A stretch of DNA of 64,000 bases from Thecamonas trahens ATCC 50062. Its lineage: Eukaryota > Protista > Apusomonadida. Below the pieces are notes generated by a model. It ran no database searches. It saw nothing but the letters and a program-made list of their open reading frames with translations, and was not told the DNA's origin. The stretch lies in NCBI RefSeq assembly GCF_000142905.1, contig NW_013657679.1, positions 312,657 through 376,656 of the forward strand. The letters run 5' to 3'. This document shows positions 1-10,299 of this stretch, piece after piece (within the stretch, counting starts at the first letter, position 1; every line of letters starts with the position of its first letter). A program made the position numbers and the translations under genes.

Positions 1-671
1 CGCGGTCGCCGCTCGCGCTCCGCTACAACGACATGGGTGTGCTGGAGCACTTTCACTGCTCGACAGCGTTTGAGATCATGTTTGACCCGGCGACCGACAT
101 CCTCTCGCCACTCAGCTCTGCCCAGTTTGCGGACCTGCGGTCGCTGGTCATACAAATGGTCCTCGCAACAGACATGTCGCAGCACTTTGACTACCTCGGC
201 AAGTTCAAGCTCAAGATCGAGTCCGAGTCACTCGATCTCTCGGTCACCGAGGCGCGCAACCTCGTGCTCGAGATGGCCATGAAGTGCGCGGACATTTCGA
301 ACCCAACCAAGGACACCGCCATTTGCGAGACGTGGGCCCACCTGGTCATGGAGGAGTTCTTCCGCCAGGGCGAGGCCGAGTCCGCACGAGGACTCCCAAT
401 CTCGCCTTTTATGGATCGCGCCACAACCAAGACGCCCAAGGTCCAGACCGGCTTCATCGACTTTTTCGTCACTCCGCTCTACGAGGCCCTCAACATGGTT
501 CCCGAGCTTGGCCTTGACGACCAGCTCGCCCAGCTCCGCGACAACCGCATGTACTGGGAGAACCTGGCCAAGGAGAACGAGTCGGTGGCCTCGTCGACCC
601 TCGACCCCAAGTCGACCGTCCGTGGCTCGATCGTCCGTAATTCGGTCGAGAGCTCGCGGTCACGCACGTAG
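1..671 (+). CDS. 3',5'-cyclic nucleotide phosphodiesterase (class I), C-terminal part of catalytic domain; 5'-truncated by window edge
   Basis: Frame open from nt 3 (RSPLALRYNDMGVLEHFHCSTAF). Class I PDE motifs YND..VLE.H, LATDM..HF, K.ADISNP.K, EEFF.QG, PISP.MDR, Q.GFIDF. Confidence 0.93.
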   Translation, partial: RSPLALRYNDMGVLEHFHCSTAFEIMFDPATDILSPLSSAQFADLRSLVIQMVLATDMSQHFDYLGKFKLKIESESLDLSVTEARNLVLEMAMKCADISNPTKDTAICETWAHLVMEEFFRQGEAESARGLPISPFMDRATTKTPKVQTGFIDFFVTPLYEALNMVPELGLDDQLAQLRDNRMYWENLAKENESVASSTLDPKSTVRGSIVRNSVESSRSRT

Positions 672-719
672 TAAAGCAGTCTGCGGCCTTTGGACCGTTC
701 CCGCCCGCTCGCGCCGTTG

Positions 720-1643
720 TCAGGACGACCGCATCAGCGCGCGCTTCTTGTGTAAGACCGAGACCATGTCCTTTTTCTTGAGGCAAAACTGGATCCGCCC
801 CGGGCTCAGCAGCGAGTCCAACTTGATCTCTTCGCCGGCCTCGCCGAGCTCGTACGACGCGCTCGCCATTCGCGGAGCGCTGCCAGCCTCGGCCTGCTCC
901 TCGGCCTGCCGCGCCATGGCAAGTGCAAAGGCAGTGTCGCGCTTGCCGGTCGTCGGCGTGCCCGAGCCGGAGCCCTTGCCCGAGGTGCTTTGGCGCTGGG
1001 CGCCGGCAAACCCGACCGAGATGCGTGGGCGGGCACCACTCCCGCTGACGGAGTTGGACTTGGCCTGTTTGGCCGGCGGCGGCGCACTGGCCTCGTCGCC
1101 GCCTTCAGACTTTGTGTCGGCTGGTGTCGCCGCAGACCGCGACTTGCGCTTGCGACCCGACTTGCGCTTCTCGGCCTCGGACTTTGAGCTCTTGGCCGAA
1201 GACGCGCTGGTGCCGCCGCTGGCCGACTTGCGTGGCTTGGGATCGCGGAAGACCTTGTCGGTAGGCACGTCAAAGAGCTTGCGCGAACCGACATACCGGA
1301 CCGAGATCCAGTCGTCGCCATACTCGGACGGGCCGGCCACGTACGCCGAGTAGAAGACGGTGGACCAGTCCGAGTTCTCGTACCACAGGGCATAGATGTG
1401 TGTTCCAGACTCGTTCGGCAGCTCTGGGTCCGGGTTCGGCGGGAAGGCAAGCATGTTCTTTGCCTTCACTTTGTGCACTACGGCCTCGTCGTCAGAGTCT
1501 GGATACAGATCCACCACCACGTAGCTCGACGGCTCGCTGCTCTCGTCCGTCCCTTCTACCGCCGACACCTTCATCATGGCCCACTGCGGCCTGTTCTCCA
1601 CCCGGACCCGCGCCGCCACCATGTCGCCTACCTTGAACACCAT
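720..1643 (-). CDS. SGF29-like tandem Tudor domain protein with basic/low-complexity C-terminus; true start uncertain, may extend upstream via an intron
   Basis: GDMVAARV..W..M.V ... YVVVD.YPD ... LAFP ... G..IYALWY...TVFY.AYV.GP ... VRY resembles SGF29 Tudor1/Tudor2. First in-frame ATG at 1643; the frame stays open to about 1780. Confidence 0.6.
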   Translation of the reverse strand: MVFKVGDMVAARVRVENRPQWAMMKVSAVEGTDESSEPSSYVVVDLYPDSDDEAVVHKVKAKNMLAFPPNPDPELPNESGTHIYALWYENSDWSTVFYSAYVAGPSEYGDDWISVRYVGSRKLFDVPTDKVFRDPKPRKSASGGTSASSAKSSKSEAEKRKSGRKRKSRSAATPADTKSEGGDEASAPPPAKQAKSNSVSGSGARPRISVGFAGAQRQSTSGKGSGSGTPTTGKRDTAFALAMARQAEEQAEAGSAPRMASASYELGEAGEEIKLDSLLSPGRIQFCLKKKDMVSVLHKKRALMRSS

Positions 1644-2082
1644 ATGAGCGTCTTTGGAGAGGGGTGTGGAGTCAAGGACGCGCGAGGGAGGTGTCGCCCG
1701 TGGGACTACCTGTGACGCCCCCGCTGTCGCTGCCACTGCCACTGCAGCTGGCGATGCATGACCAGCCGCCAGGCACGGCCATCAGCGCCCCGCTCGCCCT
1801 CGGTCATTGGTGCAAGAATGGAAGACGGCGAGCCATGTGTTCGGCATGAGCATGCCACTGTGATTGTCATGTCCTGCCATTGCTGCTGGTGGTCGATCTT
1901 CCGTCTCCATGCTTCACCAGACGAGCCTGGCTCGCCTCGTCCGGCAACTCGCCGACAGCTTCGTCGACTCCGCCTCCACCCGGCCTCGGCGCAGCCACTC
2001 CCCCCCTCTCCCTCCTCCCTCTCCCTTCCTGGCTCACCGCACGTACTTGAGCCAAGCACATCTCTCTGCATTGAGTCTCGTC

Positions 2083-3449
2083 ATGGACGCACTGCACCTC
2101 AACTTTACGTCTGCGCCCAAGGGCAAGATGCACCCTGTGGTGGTGCTCTCGGTCATTGACCATTACATGCGCCGTCCCGAGGGCCAGAACAGGGTCATCG
2201 GTGCCCTGCTGGGGACCCGCGGCGTGAACGGCGTCGTCGAGATCCGCAACTCCTTCCCCGTTCCGCACTCGGAGACCGCCGACGAGGTACGTACCAGCCA
2301 TTGCCCACGGCTATGTCCTGCCTTCTGTCCACTTCCTCCTCTCCTTCCCCCGCCCCCCCCCCCCCCCCCCGCCCCCCCTCCCTTCGCACACCCGTGATGG
2401 CTGCCGTGAGGTGAGCCAGCCGGCTGCCGTCTCCCCATCCACCCTCGCTTAGCCTGCCTTCTGCAAACGACGACGTCGTGTGGGAGGAAGCTATGGAACA
2501 GGTGAGGCGATAAGTAGCTTGGTTTGGGGCTCAATAAGGGTGTAGGGATGGAGGTGGTGCAGAAACCGCAGCAGAGTGTGTGCGGGTGGTCGCCTTGGGG
2601 GTGGTCGCAGTGCAGACAATCTGCGGCTTTTTTTGGTGGATGGGTTGCCGAGGAGGAGGAGCACATCGATGGGACATGATGATGGCGATGGCCATGACGA
2701 GCGATGGTGGGCGAGAGGAGGCGGAAAGAACTCATGGGAACGGTGATTGGGGATGGGGATAGGTTGCGGTGGACATGGACTTTATGGCTGTGCAGAGGGA
2801 GCTGCACATGGAGACGTTCCCGGAGGACGACATTGTGGGCTGGTACGCGACGGGGCCGGAGATCACAGAGTACTCGATCCTGCTGCACGAGTTCTTTGCG
2901 TCGTCGGGCTCGCGGCATCCGATCCACGTGACGGTGGACACGACGCTCTCGAACGGGCGGCTTGCGATCCAGGGCTACGTCTCGTCGGTCCTGCAGATGG
3001 GCTCGGCCTCGTTTGGCACGCAGTTCCACCCCATCGAGGTTGGGATGGCCTCGTTTGAGGCCGAGCAGATCGGGCTCAACCTCATCTCGCGTGGCCTCTA
3101 CTCGGCTGACGGCACCACGCCGCTTGCCGAGGAGATGAACAACCTGGAGAGCTCGCTCGCGCAGCTGGCGGACCACCTGGACGAGGCCGCCAACTACGTT
3201 GACGGCGTCCTGGCCGGCTCCATCCAGCCCGACAACAAGATTGGCCGCTTCCTGCTCACCGCCGTCTCGGCCGTTCCGCAGATCGAGGCCGACGCCTTTG
3301 TCGACATGCTCGACTCGAACATCAAGGACCTGCTCATGGTTCTCTACCTCTCGGACCTCATTCGCACACAGCTGCATCTCTCGGACAGAATCGACAAGGT
3401 CCTGGCCAAGCACGCCCGCAAGGAGGAGAGCGCGACGGCGTCTGCGTAA
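2083..3449 (+). CDS. EIF3F: Eukaryotic translation initiation factor 3 subunit F (MPN domain); exons 2083-2286 and 2763-3449
   Basis: HPVVVLSVIDHYMRR..GQ.RVIGALLG, VEIRNSFPVPHSE|VAVDMDF, IVGWYATG, D.LMV.YL..L..TQ. Phase-0 intron 2287-2762 (GTACGT...ATAG) joins the two ORFs in frame. Confidence 0.93.
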
Positions 3450-3504
3450 AGGCAACAGTGAAATTGTGGAGCGCCTGGAGTCGGCCATCGAGCTGTGCAT
3501 GCGT

Positions 3505-4368
3505 TCATTGGCTGGCACCGGGTGCGTCAGCGCCATGGCCTGCGGCGGCGCGTTCAGCCTTGATCCGCTTGTGATGGTCCTTGAGCTTGACGTCGGCGAG
3601 AAGGTGTGGGTAGGCGCTCGTCCAAAAGGCGTCACCAATGAGATCGGTGTTGACGTTGACAAGCTTGCGCGAGACGCGGAAGCCGGCGTGCCCGCGTGCG
3701 TCGACGTAGTCGGTCACCTCGAGGTCACGGATCCAGATCGAGCCCTTGCGGTTGAGCTCGGGCTCGTTGTTGTAGTTGATACCAAAGCGCGAGAAGAGGA
3801 TTTCGTTCTTTTGCGCAGAGTTGGCGTCGCAGAGGAGCTTGTTGGCGACGGCTGGATCATCGCCGTCGCCGACCAGCGCCCAGAACCCGGTGTTGAACAA
3901 GTTGTTGATGTGGCAGTCAACCTGCCGCCACGAAAGATAATCGCGGAGAACGGCCCGAGTGGGAAGGACAACGGTCCGCCCGTCAAAGACCGGCATCTCC
4001 ATCAGCGGGACGTCGGGACCAAAGGCGGCTGGCCAGGCTGCGATAAAGGCGCCAGTAAAGAGCGAGACAACCGTCGAGACGAGCTTGGACGCGCGTCGCT
4101 TGTACACGTTTGACGACGGCGGGAGGACAAACGAGAACTCGTCCGAATGGCCGTACGCCAGCACCAGATCGCCCATGTCTTCCATCACCGCCTTGGCTGC
4201 CGCGTCCATCACGGCCGCCCCGCGGGTATCCACTGGCTTGGCATACTCGTGCCGCGCCACAAAGCCCGAGAACCCGCGCCCGTCCACACGGATCACCACC
4301 CACGTCAGCGGCAACAATGCATCGTCCTGTTCAAACTTGCGCACGTACTCGTACTGCGACTTTGCCAT
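3505..4368 (-). CDS. THG1: tRNA(His) guanylyltransferase (3'-5' polymerase family)
   Basis: MAKSQYEYVRKFE, VIRVDGRGF, YGHSDEFSF, FDGR, DYLSWRQVDCHINNL.N, KNEILF.RFGINYNN, RKGS. Confidence 0.97.
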   Translation of the reverse strand: MAKSQYEYVRKFEQDDALLPLTWVVIRVDGRGFSGFVARHEYAKPVDTRGAAVMDAAAKAVMEDMGDLVLAYGHSDEFSFVLPPSSNVYKRRASKLVSTVVSLFTGAFIAAWPAAFGPDVPLMEMPVFDGRTVVLPTRAVLRDYLSWRQVDCHINNLFNTGFWALVGDGDDPAVANKLLCDANSAQKNEILFSRFGINYNNEPELNRKGSIWIRDLEVTDYVDARGHAGFRVSRKLVNVNTDLIGDAFWTSAYPHLLADVKLKDHHKRIKAERAAAGHGADAPGASQ

Positions 4369-4371
4369 GAT

Positions 4372-4473
4372 AGAGAGCGAGCGAGGGAGTGAGCAGAGGG
4401 AGCGAGCGAGGGAGCGAGTGAGGGAGCGAGCGAGGGAGCGAGCGAGGGAGCGAGCGAGGGAGCGAGCGAGAGA
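4372..4473. repeat. GA-rich minisatellite, (GAGCGAGCGAGG)n-like, immediately upstream of the THG1 start
   Basis: Visible tandem gagcgagcgagg units. Confidence 0.85.
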
Positions 4474-4922
4474 GGCACGGCTGTAAGCGGGGTGCGGTAC
4501 AGCGAGAGCGAGAGCTTGCTACGGCTACGACCGAGGTGAGTTTGCGGTACGTGTGTCAAGCGAGGTCTGGTCGTTAGTAGCCTGGCGAGTCCCTGCCGAC
4601 TCTGTCGTCTTTGCCGCCGCCGTCCGTGTGACTCGCCTGCAACACAAGGAAGGAAGGAAGGGAGGGGGGGGGGGGGGCCGGAGGAACGGGCTGGCTGATG
4701 ACGACAATCACACATATATTTGATTGTCGTTCAAATAATGGTTGCTATGGTACGTGTGATCAATTGTTCAGTCGATGAATGGTGGGAAGGGGGGGGAGGT
4801 GTTTCGTTCTTCTCGGTTTGTCGTTCGTTCGGTCGTTCGGCGTGCTGCGTTGGTTGGTCGGTCGCGGGCGGCCGAGTGGCCAGCGGGGAGAAAGGGGGCA
4901 CCATTCAACTGCTGGATCGCAC

Positions 4923-7001
4923 ATGTTCAGCCTTCGCCTTGTACGTAGAAGGGGGGAGAGGTTGTAAAGGACTTGCAGCAATCTGCACCAGTTCTTCGCG
5001 CTGCGTAGTGCGGACAGAAGGTGCATGGTAGCGCAAGGGGGGCCGGACAGTGTGAGGCCAAAAAATGGGCCGTCGGCCAAACGCGTCGTCGGCGCCGAAG
5101 GCAGCCCCCCTTGGAGCGTAGCAGGCGGGGAAGACGGAACAGGGAGCCAGCCAGTGAGGCCCTGGTGTGAGGCATGTTGTGCATGGTGGCCATGTGGTTG
5201 GCAAGGCAAGGGCGTGCCATGTCGCTGCGGTAGGGCCGGCAGGGCGCTGCGGCTGACGGGCTGGGATGGGGCCAGCTGGCGTCAATTTTTTCAATGGCGC
5301 GGGCCCATCCATTGGGCGGGGCGGGGAAAGGGGGAAGCGAGGGCGATACTTATGGTGCGTTTGGTTGACGGGCAACAGGGTTCGATTGGCTCGTTTGCCA
5401 CCTCGCAGGCCTCGCGCCTGTTCGCGTCTGCCGCGGCCGTGACGGCCAAGAAGGACGTGGGTGTGGCGGAGCTCTCGCGTGTGCTCGAGGAGCGGATCCT
5501 CAACTACGAGTCCCCGACCGAGCTCAACGAGGTGGGCAAGGTCCTGTCTGTGGGTGACGGTATTGCGCGCATCCACGGCCTCAACAACATCCAGGCCGGT
5601 GAGATGGTTGAGTTCAAGTCGAAGATCAAGGGCATGGCTCTCAACCTGGAGAACGACAACGTCGGTGTTGTGGTTTTCGGTAACGACACCCTCATCAAGG
5701 AGGGCGAGACCGTCAAGCGTACCGGCGCCATTGTGGACGTGCCGGTCGGCGAGGGCCTTCTGGGTCGCGTCATCGATGCTCTCGGCAACCCGATCGACGG
5801 CAAGGGCCCGATCAACGCCAAGGAGCGCCGCCGTGTCGAGGTCAAGGCCCCCGGCATTATTCCGCGCCAGTCGGTTTCCGAGTCGATGCTCACGGGCATC
5901 AAGGCCGTCGACGCCCTCATCCCCATCGGCCGTGGCCAGCGTGAGCTCATCATTGGTGACCGTCAGTCGGGCAAGACCTCGATCGCCATCGATTGCTTCA
6001 TCAACCAGGTGCAGCTGAACAAGCGCGCCAAGTCGGACAAGGACAAGCTGTTCTGCATCTACGTGGCCGTCGGCCAGAAGCGCTCCACCGTGGCGCAGAT
6101 TGTGCAGCAGCTCGAGGAGGCCGGTGCTATGGAGTACACGTGCGTCGTGGCCGCCACGGCCTCGGACGCCGCGCCGCTCCAGTTCCTCGCCCCGTACGCC
6201 GGTACCGCCATCGGTGAGTCGTTCTCGCTCAACGGCCGCCATGCCGTGATCACCTTTGACGATCTGTCGAAGCAGGCCGTGGCCTACCGTCAGATGTCGC
6301 TCCTCCTCCGCCGCCCGCCCGGCCGTGAGGCTTACCCCGGTGACGTTTTCTACCTCCACTCGCGCCTCCTCGAGCGTGCCGCCAAGATGTCCGACAAGCT
6401 CGGCGGCGGCTCGCTGACGGCCCTGCCCATCATCGAGACCCAGGCCGGTGACGTGTCGGCCTACATTCCGACCAACGTCATTTCGATCACGGATGGCCAG
6501 ATTTTCCTCGAGACTGAGCTCTTCTACCAGGGCCAGCGCCCTGCCGTTTCGGTCGGTCTCTCCGTCTCGCGCGTCGGTTCCGCCGCCCAGAAGAAGATCA
6601 TGAAGTCGGTGTCTGGCTCGCTCAAGCTCGAGCTTGCCCAGTACCGTGAGATGGCCTCGTTCGCCCAGTTCGGTTCGGACCTCGATGCCGCCACCCAGGC
6701 CCAGCTTGCCCGTGGTGCCCGCCTCACCCAGACCCTCAAGCAGGGCGTTCTCGTCCCGATGCCGCTCTCGGAGCAGGTTGCCGTCGTCTACGCCGCCGTC
6801 AACGACTTCCTTGACGGCATCGCCGTCGATGACGTCGTCGACTTTGAGGCCCAGTTCCTCGACTACATCCGCGGCTCGCACGCCGACCTCCTCACCACCA
6901 TCGAGGACAAGCTCGAGCTCACCGATGAGATCGACGCCAAGCTCAAGGCTGTCTGCACCGAGTTTGTTGGCCAGTACACCGCCTCCAAGTACGGCAAGTA
7001 A
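4923..7001 (+). CDS. ATP1: Mitochondrial ATP synthase F1 subunit alpha, nuclear-encoded; proposed exons 4923-4940 and 5379-7001
   Basis: [36 protein letters not shown] (P-loop), [34 protein letters not shown]. Micro-exon MFSLRL followed by GTACGT donor and CAACAG acceptor gives an in-frame, presequence-like N-terminus ([23 protein letters not shown]). Exon 1 is less certain than the gene identity. Confidence 0.95.
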
Positions 7002-7077
7002 GGCCTTTGTTTGCTCGTAAACGCACCCTCCAGTTCGTTGTTGTTGTTCCTTTTCCAGCGCCCGGCTTTTTCTGGTT

Positions 7078-9702
7078 TTACTTGTGACGCGGCAGCGTGG
7101 CCGAACGATTCTGGTCGCGCCTGCGGACGCGCCGCTTCTTGCCGTTGCCATTGTTGTTGTTGCCACGCCCGCGGGCGCCCGAGTTGTCGCGGCGTCCGCG
7201 CGGCGAGTTAGCGCCCTGGCCATAGGGATCAAAGGCGCCGCCATCGCGGCGCGAGCCCGACTTGCCGGCGCCCTTTGCGGAGCGCGAGCCCTTGGAACCA
7301 CCCTTGTCGCCCGAGTAGTCGTGCGCCTTGAAAGAGGCGGCGTTGGCGGCAGCCGAGAGGTCCTCGGCGTCGAGCGAGGCCATGGCCTGGTTCGCCGGCC
7401 AGCCCATCTGCTCCATGAGCTTGACCGGGTCTTGCGGCACACCCGGCTCGACAAGCAGGTGAGCACGCTTGGGGGCACGGTCGCCCTCGCCGCCGTCGTC
7501 GCCGGTCCGCTTGCGCTCCTGCTGCTGCTTGCGGTTGAGGTTGGAGAGGACGTAGATGTCGGACATGGTCTGCGGCTGCGGAATGGCCTTGATGACCTCG
7601 GCCGCGGCGGCGTCCGAGACCACGGGCTGAAGCAGCGGCTGTATCTTGGGGAACGAAATGCCGTCGGCAATGTCCTTGTACACTGCTTCGGCCCGGGCAC
7701 GCTCGGCGCCAGCCGTCGACAGCGGCTTGGTCCACGCGCCGTGCGTCGTTGCCGCCAGCCCGGCGCTCACCTCGTTTGCCGACGCGCCGGTCCAGCTGCC
7801 GGGCTTGGGCCCGGCGGAGCCGTCGCCGCCAACCAGGGCATGCTCGAGCGCGGTGCGCGGGACGACGTCGCCGGCGCTCCCGCCCGACTCGGCGTGTGCC
7901 ATGGCCACGAGCACCGGCTTCTCCAGCCAGCCGGCGGCGCGGAACTGCTCCTCGGAAAACGTGGCCGAGGTGTCACCCGACGGCGACGGCGAAGCCCGTG
8001 CCGACCGCGGCGTCCGCGCGCCACGGCGCGGGCCGCCACTCATGCCGCTGCCGGCCGCGCTGGAGCTCGTTGCAGCACCGCCAGTCACGGCGTTGGCCCA
8101 CCCGGCCGACTTGGAGCGCACCGCCTTGCCCCGCGACGGCGACGGCATACCGCCGGCCTTGGTATGCGCCGACGCAGCCGCGACAACAACCTGGACAATG
8201 TCCATGGCGTGCTGGCGGACAAGCGGCGGAATGGGGTTGCAGGCCGCAAGCAGGTCGCCGACGCGGGTGGGCATGGCATGGGCCAGCCGCGCCAGAAGCG
8301 CGTTGGGCATGACGTAGCCGGTCGACTCGTCGAGCTTGCGCGCCTGGGCATCACGCCAGTCGTAGAGCGCCGCAAACACGGCGCGCTGCTCCGACGAGAG
8401 CCGGGTTGACGACCGCTCGTAGACCCGCCGCCAGGCGTCGGGTGTAAAGGCCGGCTTCTCGTAGACAAAGCCGCAGATCTCGCGCGAGCGGGCGAGGACG
8501 GCAGCAACCAGGTTGTTGCTGACCGAGCCACGGGCGACCAGCTCGTTCTTGAGTCGGTCGTAGATGTACAGCAGGTAGTGGGTGTCCATCCGGGCGTACT
8601 TGGCCATGTCCTCCGGCAGCGGGCGGATGCGCCAGTCGGCCAGCTGGTACGACTTGTTTGTGTTGACCGAGCAGTAGAACTTGAGCAGGTGGGCAAGGCC
8701 AAACGAGGGGTAGGCGAGGACCCGGGCGGCCTGCCCGGTGTCAAACATATTGACGACGTAGACGCCAAAGTCGCGCTGGAGCCAGACAATGTCCGAGTTT
8801 GCACCGTGGAGGACCTTGACAACGCGCGGGTCGGCGGTGATCTTGTTGAACAGGTGCATCTCGCTCCGGAGCGCCAGGGTGTCGACCAGGTAGTCGGTCG
8901 AGCGGGTCGAGACCTGCATGAGACAGACAAAGCCCTGGAACGAGCGGTACGAGTGCGCCTCCAGATCGATGGCAACAACAGGAACGTCCTCGAGGGCGGA
9001 GATGAGGTCGGTGAGGCCGGCAACGGTGTCGACCCACACCAGCGGCGTCTCCTCCAGCGGCGCGTAGAGCGTCGGCTGGACGGGACCGAGCATTTCCTCG
9101 GTGTACGAGAGTGTCGCCAGCTCGGCAGCGTATGGATGGCTTCCATCCGAGCCGTGGGCCTCGTTCTCTGCTGGCAGGCCGAGCCCGGACATGTGGGCCT
9201 TCATGGTCGACGACACGCCCGCAGGCGCTTCGAGAGCATGGTACTTGTGCTTGAGCTTGCAGGCGAACGGAGTCTCGCGTGAGTTGTCCACATGATCAGC
9301 AAACGAGTCCTGAGGACGGCGAGCCGACGGGTCGCGGCGCGAGGACGCGGCATCCGACTTTGCATCATCCTTGGCGTTGGAACCGGAGCGGAGGAAGCCA
9401 CGGTCGCGGTCGAGGGCCATGTCGGCCTTCTCCAGCAGCGAGTCGAGAGTCTCCGAGAGCAACTTGTAAGCATCCGGCACGTCAGCACTGTCCATGCCCC
9501 GAACATCCGCAGGTACCTGTGGCTCGGTAGCCACCCACAGCGCATGCAGAGAGTCCAGAATCCGTCGCCCCGATGCCCGTGTCCGCGAGATGAACTCGGG
9601 GAAGGTGGCGTAGTACTCGTAGTCGTCACCCGACGGAAGACGCCGCGTCTTACGGGACGCAGCTGCCAGTGCACCCACAAGTCCCTCTCCAAGGTCTCCC
9701 AT
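7078..9702 (-). CDS. RRP6: Nuclear exosome 3'-5' exoribonuclease RRP6/EXOSC10 (PMC2NT, DEDD-Y exonuclease, HRDC)
   Basis: LPSGDDYEYY..FP.F (PMC2NT), AIDLEAHSYRSFQGFVCLMQVSTR, KVLHGA.SDIVWLQRDFG.YVVNMFDT, YQLADWRIRPLP, YAR.DTHYLLYIYD, WRD..AR..DES.GYV.PN. Start taken at MGDLGE (9702). Confidence 0.95.
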   Translation of the reverse strand: MGDLGEGLVGALAAASRKTRRLPSGDDYEYYATFPEFISRTRASGRRILDSLHALWVATEPQVPADVRGMDSADVPDAYKLLSETLDSLLEKADMALDRDRGFLRSGSNAKDDAKSDAASSRRDPSARRPQDSFADHVDNSRETPFACKLKHKYHALEAPAGVSSTMKAHMSGLGLPAENEAHGSDGSHPYAAELATLSYTEEMLGPVQPTLYAPLEETPLVWVDTVAGLTDLISALEDVPVVAIDLEAHSYRSFQGFVCLMQVSTRSTDYLVDTLALRSEMHLFNKITADPRVVKVLHGANSDIVWLQRDFGVYVVNMFDTGQAARVLAYPSFGLAHLLKFYCSVNTNKSYQLADWRIRPLPEDMAKYARMDTHYLLYIYDRLKNELVARGSVSNNLVAAVLARSREICGFVYEKPAFTPDAWRRVYERSSTRLSSEQRAVFAALYDWRDAQARKLDESTGYVMPNALLARLAHAMPTRVGDLLAACNPIPPLVRQHAMDIVQVVVAAASAHTKAGGMPSPSRGKAVRSKSAGWANAVTGGAATSSSAAGSGMSGGPRRGARTPRSARASPSPSGDTSATFSEEQFRAAGWLEKPVLVAMAHAESGGSAGDVVPRTALEHALVGGDGSAGPKPGSWTGASANEVSAGLAATTHGAWTKPLSTAGAERARAEAVYKDIADGISFPKIQPLLQPVVSDAAAAEVIKAIPQPQTMSDIYVLSNLNRKQQQERKRTGDDGGEGDRAPKRAHLLVEPGVPQDPVKLMEQMGWPANQAMASLDAEDLSAAANAASFKAHDYSGDKGGSKGSRSAKGAGKSGSRRDGGAFDPYGQGANSPRGRRDNSGARGRGNNNNGNGKKRRVRRRDQNRSATLPRHK

Positions 9703-9812
9703 TCCCTTGTTACCCGTTGTGTCGACGAGAGGTGCCCCCCCTCTCCACACCCTTCTTCCTTCCCTCCCTCCTGCCTTCCCTCCCCCACCGCTCTCTCTGC
9801 CTGTTGCGGGAT

Positions 9813-9868
9813 GGGCCGTGGATGGCCAATATTCGTCCATGGGCCGTGGATGGCCAATATTCGTCCAT
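9813..9868. repeat. Perfect 28-bp direct duplication GGGCCGTGGATGGCCAATATTCGTCCAT x2, containing CCAAT
   Basis: Units at 9813-9840 and 9841-9868 are identical. Confidence 0.9.
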
Positions 9869-9907
9869 TCGCCGGGTGGGCGGGCCGCCCTGGGCTGGGC
9901 ACCAATT

Positions 9908-10056
9908 GGCTGGGATGAGGGCACGATGCACATCAATAGGCTGTGATGAGGGCACGATCCACACCATTAGGCTGGGATGAGGGCACGATCCACACCATTA
10001 GGCTGGGATGAGGGCACACCATCAGGGCGGGATGAAGCTGTGATGAGGGCACGATC
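9908..10056. repeat. 31-bp minisatellite GGCTG(G/T)GATGAGGGCACGATCCACACCATTA; 3 full and 2 partial copies
   Basis: Units at 9908, 9939 and 9970, with partial copies at 10001 and about 10037. Confidence 0.9.
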
Positions 10057-10299
10057 ATCGCAGCATGAGCAAGGCCTTTACACGCAATGAAGGTGATGGA
10101 GATGGGCTTAATGGTCATGATGGACGCCATCACTACCATGCCACTACTTACCCCATCAGCACAATCACTACAATCATCATCTCCATCATAATCATGCCCG
10201 TCACAATGACCATCTTCTCAGCCACCTACCCCACCACTACCATCACCCCGCCCGCTTTGGCCTCTCACACTCACTTCTTCCACCACCTCTCCCACCACC

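Noticed and set aside
657-722. TGA-CAA stop of the Tudor gene as read-through or selenocysteine
   Set aside because: The short extension has no recognisable conservation and no SECIS is evident; all other genes use standard stops.
4738-4755. ATG GTT GCT ATG followed by GTACGT as an extra first exon of ATP1
   Set aside because: Splicing to the TTCAG acceptor at 4930 gives a 10-nt exon that is out of phase with the main exon; unsupported without RNA data.
4905-7700. 931-aa minus-strand ORF and many other long antisense or alternative-frame ORFs throughout the window
   Set aside because: Shadow ORFs of GC-rich, codon-biased genes; they lie opposite well-recognised proteins and show no family motifs.
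9703-9936. Long N-terminal ORF extensions of RRP6 (similarly ATP1 5025-5378, RRM 46648-46914, giant gene 39976-40176)
   Set aside because: They run through repeats, G/C tracts or introns and are not protein-like.
9908-10056. 31-bp repeats as a CRISPR array or C/D snoRNA cluster (GTGATGA)
   Set aside because: Units are contiguous with no unique spacers, there are no cas genes and the context is eukaryotic; no paired CTGA D box or terminal stem.
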